Origin: Methanoculleus sp.
GTDB taxonomy: Archaea > Halobacteriota > Methanomicrobia > Methanomicrobiales > Methanoculleaceae
Assembly (NCBI GenBank): GCA_017994915.1
Contig: JAGOJX010000002.1
Location: 851-64,850 of the forward strand
Length of the DNA stretch: 64,000 nt
Direction of reading: 5' to 3'
The notes under the pieces were generated by a model, which searched no databases, was not told the origin of the DNA, and saw only the letters and a program-made list of their open reading frames with translations. The position numbers were made by a program, and so were the translations under genes. Each line of letters starts with the position of its first letter. Within the stretch, counting starts at the first letter, position 1. Positions 60,007-64,000 of the stretch are shown in pieces.

Positions 60007-62538
60007 TCACTCTGCGATAAATTTCCCGTTCATGAAGGGGTGAATGTCGCACTGGAAGTAGTAGGTCCCGGGATCGGATGGTGCCGTAAACGTGTAGTTC
60101 GCCTCGGCCGGCCCGGTGATGATCTCGCCTACGAAGAAGGATTTGGAGCGGAGGTTGCTGTCGTAGACCGCGAAGTTGTGCTGGACGCCCGAGTCCTTGT
60201 TCGTGAAGTGCACGGTCACGTTCGCCCCGGCGGGTACCGTGATGGTGCTTTTGTCAAAGGCGATGTTCTGGGCGGTGAGGTTCACCACCGTTACGTTTCC
60301 GGTTGCCCCGGTCACGTTCCCTGTCACGTTTCCGGTCACGTTTCCTGTCACGTTCCCGGTTGCTCCGGTCACGTTCCCTGTCGCATTTCCGGCTGTTCCG
60401 GTCACGTTTCCTGTCACGTTCCCGGTTGCTCCGGTCACGTTTCCTGTCACGTTCCCGGTCACGTTTCCGCCGACCGTCACGTTGACCATATCGTACACGA
60501 GCGGAATGAGCGGGGTGTGGTCGTTATGGACCACCTGGACCGAGAGGTTGTGTTCGCCCGGCGTCACGTTCTCCCAGGTGTAGGAGAGGTTCGTCGATAT
60601 GACATAGCCGCCGGTCTCTGGGATGGCAGGGGCGCTTGCGTTCGTCGGTATCGGTGCATCGAGGTAGTAGTGCAGGTGGCCTTCGCCCGGGGCATTCGGC
60701 TGCCCGGTCGGCTCGACGAGCGTGAAGTTCGTCAGGTTCACCTCGACGGTCACGTTCCCGGCGGCGATGCTCGCGCCTTCCTCCGGCGACGTGATGGTGA
60801 CGTTCGCTTCAGCGGTCGGTGTGACGTTCACGCCGGCAGGCGAAGTCACATTCATCGCCGCCGCCGGTGTCGAATTCGACATCGGTGCGGGTGTCACGTT
60901 CCCCGCACCCCCGAGCCGCAGGGCGATGACCTGTGGTGTGCCCCCGACGCCGCAGGGCCAGATGATGGTATCGTTTGCCACCGCAGGCCAGGCGTTGATG
61001 CCGGCAGGAGCGGTGAAGTTCCAGACCTGTTCGCCGGTCACCGCATCGAAGGCGTAGATCTCCCCATCGAAGGTCGCCGTGAAGACCAGGTCGTTGACGA
61101 CCGTTGCACTGCCCACGTTGAGGGCGTCAAACTTTTTATCCCAGAGAACCTTGCCGGTATCGACCTCGATAGCCACAAGTCCGCCCTTCCCCTCGTTAAA
61201 CGGCTGGGTCTCCGGCTGGGATGCGTTCTTGACACCTAACGAGAGCGAACTGGTCGGTGTCCAGTTAGTGTAAAGGTCGACGTACGGCACATAGACTGTA
61301 CCGTTGGCGCAGGCCATCGGGGTCTCGACGCCCCCGAGCGCCCCCGGATAGACCGTGGTGTTTCCGGGCGGCAGCGCCGCAAGCTGGTCGTTCTCGTGCC
61401 TGCCCACATCTGCGACCCAGAGGATGGCGCCGGAGTCCCGGTTGAAGGCGAATACCCGGCCCATCTTCCCGGCACCGAGTACAACCTTCTGATCCTTAGC
61501 GCTGACGTTGGCATCGGTAAGGATTGGTGCGATCTGGAAGTCGTGGTCGAAGAGATCGTGCGGGAGCACCTGTGTGAACCAGACTATACTCCCGGTTGCA
61601 TGATCAAGTGCCATCATGGTGTTGGTGTAGAGGTTCGGGCCGGGCCTGCTCGCGCCGTTCGGGAAATCCTGAGTCCCTGCAAATGGTGCCGGGTTTGCTA
61701 AACCCCAGTAGGTGATACCGGTCTTTGTATCCACGGCAGGGGTGTACCAGGTTCCGCCGCCGCTGTTTAATTCAGGGTTGCCCCAGATGCTCGCCGGATC
61801 GTCGACCGTGCTGAAGTTCCAGACGATCTCTCCGGTTTTCTGGTCCAGGGCGTATAAGTAGCCAACAGCCCCGCCCTGATAGAAGACATCGCCGCGGCCG
61901 GGCACCGTCGAGGTGTAAACGAGGTTGCCATAGACCGTAGGCTGGATATCAAGCCCCTCGCCGATGACTTTCCCGGATGCTGCCGAAGAGGTGTTGATGA
62001 GCTGTGTCGACCAGAGTTCTTCGCCGCTCGACACGTTCAGCGCCGCAAGAGAGAACGGATCGTTTATCACGAAGACTTTGCCCCACCCGACTGCTGGCCC
62101 GTTCGGCCCGGCCACGGTGGTGTTGTTATAGATCTTTCCCCACTTTACCGAACCATCGGCGAAGTTCAGGGCGTAGGTGTTGGCATAGAGGTCCTGGAAG
62201 AATACGGTATCTCCCATGATGATGGGGTTGCTGTTTGCGCCCCCGAAAGTGCCGCCGGCAGTGATGTTAAACGCCCAGGCGATCGATAGATCGTTGACAT
62301 TGCTTTTATCGATCGATGCTCCGGTCGCTGCTCTGGAGTTTTCATAGTCCTTGTTGGGGAGCGGCCAGTCAGCCGCGTGCTGTATGATCTCCGGCGGGAC
62401 TCCATCCGCCGCCTGCGTTCCTGTCGTCTGATTCGCGGTCTGGTTGGTTGCATTCCCTTCCTGGGCGACCACCCCGGAGAAGAGCGCTACACACCCTATC
62501 GCCAGGGTGAGGATCAGGAGCCTCAACAATCTCGTCAT
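60007..62538 (-). CDS. Secreted PQQ-type beta-propeller dehydrogenase fused to a His-rich Ig-like domain and a cupredoxin
   Basis: Signal peptide, ALd..tG...W repeats, GGGTWYTPAVD, NLYTNTMMALD, QVLPHDLFDHD; GEGHLHYYLD..VHNDH; HNF...CDIHPFM. Confidence 0.85.
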   Translation of the reverse strand: MTRLLRLLILTLAIGCVALFSGVVAQEGNATNQTANQTTGTQAADGVPPEIIQHAADWPLPNKDYENSRAATGASIDKSNVNDLSIAWAFNITAGGTFGGANSNPIIMGDTVFFQDLYANTYALNFADGSVKWGKIYNNTTVAGPNGPAVGWGKVFVINDPFSLAALNVSSGEELWSTQLINTSSAASGKVIGEGLDIQPTVYGNLVYTSTVPGRGDVFYQGGAVGYLYALDQKTGEIVWNFSTVDDPASIWGNPELNSGGGTWYTPAVDTKTGITYWGLANPAPFAGTQDFPNGASRPGPNLYTNTMMALDHATGSIVWFTQVLPHDLFDHDFQIAPILTDANVSAKDQKVVLGAGKMGRVFAFNRDSGAILWVADVGRHENDQLAALPPGNTTVYPGALGGVETPMACANGTVYVPYVDLYTNWTPTSSLSLGVKNASQPETQPFNEGKGGLVAIEVDTGKVLWDKKFDALNVGSATVVNDLVFTATFDGEIYAFDAVTGEQVWNFTAPAGINAWPAVANDTIIWPCGVGGTPQVIALRLGGAGNVTPAPMSNSTPAAAMNVTSPAGVNVTPTAEANVTITSPEEGASIAAGNVTVEVNLTNFTLVEPTGQPNAPGEGHLHYYLDAPIPTNASAPAIPETGGYVISTNLSYTWENVTPGEHNLSVQVVHNDHTPLIPLVYDMVNVTVGGNVTGNVTGNVTGATGNVTGNVTGTAGNATGNVTGATGNVTGNVTGNVTGNVTGATGNVTVVNLTAQNIAFDKSTITVPAGANVTVHFTNKDSGVQHNFAVYDSNLRSKSFFVGEIITGPAEANYTFTAPSDPGTYYFQCDIHPFMNGKFIAE
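60465..60805 (-). repeat. 341-bp near-identical duplication (other copy at 63123..63463)
   Basis: The His-rich Ig-like domain coding sequence is almost identical in both genes. Confidence 0.92.
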
Positions 62539-62763
62539 ACGGGGCGGGGAAACGGAAGCAAGCACGATATACCTTTCGGAAGGTTGCCGGTAAAACCCGA
62601 AAAAGCCACTTCTGGCGGAGATCGTCCGCTGGAGACCCGGTTTCCGCATGCCGGGGCGCGAGACGGTGCGGTTGCCGATCTTCAAGCCGGGAGAACCCAC
62701 ACGGGGAATAGGGGCAGGAAGAACGGGGATGATCCCGTTCTTCTCACGCTGGTCTCTTCTCCG

Positions 62764-63597
62764 TCACTCCACGACGAAATCCCCGGTCATCTGCTCGGGG
62801 TGGACGTCGCATCGGAAGAAGTAGGTGCCGGGATCCGCAGGTGCGGTGAAGTTGTAGGCGGTCGTCGCCGGGCCGGTGATGATCTCGCCCTTAAAGATGT
62901 TCTGGCTCGCGGAGGAGTCGGTGTAGACCGCGAAGTTGTGCGGGACGCCCGAGTCCTCGTTATCGAAGTTCACCGTCACGTTCGCCCCTGCGGGTACTGT
63001 GATCGTGCTCACGTTGAAGGCGATGTTCTGGGCGCTGAGGCCCACCACCGTCGCGTTCCCGGTTGCGTTCCCGGCTGTTCCGGTCACGTTTCCTGTCACG
63101 TTCCCGGTTGCTCCGGTCACGCTTCCGCCGACCGTCACGTTGACCATATCGTACACGAGCGGAATGAGCGGTGTGTGGTCGTTATGGACCACCTGGACCG
63201 AGAGGTTGTGCTCGCCCGGCGTCACGTTCTCCCAGGTGTAGGAGAGGTTCGTCGATATGACATAGCCGCCGGTCTCTGGGATGGCAGGGGCGCTTGCGTT
63301 CGTCGGTATCGGTGCATCGAGGTAGTAGTGCAGGTGGCCTTCGCCCGGGGCATTCGGCTGCCCGGTCGGCTCGACGAGCGTGAAGTTCGTCAGGTTCACC
63401 TCGACGGTCACGTTCCCGGCAGGGATGCTCGCGCCTTCCTCCGGCGACGTGATCGTGACGTTCACGCCGGTGGTCTGGTTTGCGGTCTGGTTTGCAGTCT
63501 GGTTGGTCGCGTTTCCTTCCTGGGCGACCACCCCGGAGAGGAGCGCGACGCACCCTATCGCAAGGGTGAGGATCAGGAGTCTTTCCAATCTCGTCAT
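62764..63597 (-). CDS. Secreted His-rich Ig-like domain plus cupredoxin protein
   Basis: Signal peptide near-identical to that of the 60007 gene; GHLH and HNDH; PHNF...CDVHPEQM. Confidence 0.87.
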   Translation of the reverse strand: MTRLERLLILTLAIGCVALLSGVVAQEGNATNQTANQTANQTTGVNVTITSPEEGASIPAGNVTVEVNLTNFTLVEPTGQPNAPGEGHLHYYLDAPIPTNASAPAIPETGGYVISTNLSYTWENVTPGEHNLSVQVVHNDHTPLIPLVYDMVNVTVGGSVTGATGNVTGNVTGTAGNATGNATVVGLSAQNIAFNVSTITVPAGANVTVNFDNEDSGVPHNFAVYTDSSASQNIFKGEIITGPATTAYNFTAPADPGTYFFRCDVHPEQMTGDFVVE

Positions 63598-63748
63598 ACG
63601 GGGCGGGGAGATGGAAGCATGCATGATATACCTTTCGGAAGGTTGCACCTCCCGCCCCGGAGAGAGCCTGCCGGCGGAGATCCTCTGCTGTACGGGCCCG
63701 GTTGCTTCGGTGGATAGGGTTAAGTAGGGGCCAATCGTATCGGCGCTT

Positions 63749-64000
63749 ATGATACGCATAAAAAGGATCTACGAAGAGCCATCGGCAGACGACGGGCTCC
63801 GGGTTCTCGTCGACCGGCTCTGGCCGCGGGGGATATCGAAGGCGAGGGCGCAGGTCGACCGGTGGGAGAAGGATATTTCACCGACGACCGAACTGCGCCA
63901 CTGGTTCGGGCACGACCCGGCAAAGTGGGAGGAGTTCCTGCAGCGCTACCGGGCCGAGCTTGAGGATAAGAAGGAGCTCCTCTCTCAGCTTCGCGAGGAA
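63749..64000 (+). CDS. DUF488/YeaO-family protein (3' end runs off the window)
   Basis: Hand translation: [59 protein letters not shown]. Confidence 0.88.
   Translation, partial: MIRIKRIYEEPSADDGLRVLVDRLWPRGISKARAQVDRWEKDISPTTELRHWFGHDPAKWEEFLQRYRAELEDKKELLSQLREE

Noticed and set aside
61530-61570. D-x-D (PHDLFDHD) as a lanthanide-binding signature
   Set aside because: The same pattern occurs in non-lanthanide PQQ enzymes, so it is not diagnostic outside the XoxF/PedH clades.
30285-63717. Long plus-strand ORFs 30285..31889, 51852..53576, 55837..57501, 58150..59919, 59920..61239 and 62377..63717
   Set aside because: Each lies antisense to a motif-supported gene.

Overview
GC-rich archaeal DNA, most consistent with a hydrogenotrophic methanogen of the Methanomicrobiales (Methanoculleus-like). 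This assignment is inferred from the PGF-pre-PGF surface protein, the Lhr+MPE pair, hxlB, the M42 peptidase and archaeal-style promoters. The window has four zones. (1) 1-4549: bacterial-type AddAB helicase-nuclease. (2) About 4.6-19 kb: a visibly lower-GC accessory island encoding a Vps4/CdvC-like AAA ATPase, two Snf7/ESCRT-III-like proteins, a divergent operon (Cas2-like small protein plus a coiled-coil/nuclease-fold/winged-helix protein), two proteins sharing a duplicated unknown C-terminal domain (one TPR-fused, one membrane-anchored), two TPR-Ser/Thr kinases and an ADP-ribosylglycohydrolase. This is the best candidate for an undescribed ESCRT-like signalling/membrane-remodelling system. 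(3) About 19-40 kb: mostly ordinary genes (RelBE-type TA pair, Gate-domain protein, P1B ATPase, tsaA, APC permease, sugE, ferredoxin, M42 peptidase, aminotransferase, hxlB, lhr/MPE, a large surface protein). (4) 40.4-63.6 kb: a 23-kb co-directional minus-strand cluster with Ahb heme synthesis genes, two CydA-like paralogs flanking an unannotated 41-aa membrane peptide, blue-copper proteins, a PQQ-propeller-cupredoxin fusion, three GSDH-like propellers, a USP, an ABC exporter and a radical SAM/SPASM enzyme. This is a candidate extracytoplasmic, cupredoxin-wired oxidase chain in a lineage regarded as cytochrome-free. I saw no rRNA, tRNA, CRISPR array, transposase or integrase. All family calls come from motif recognition by eye; no database search was run.
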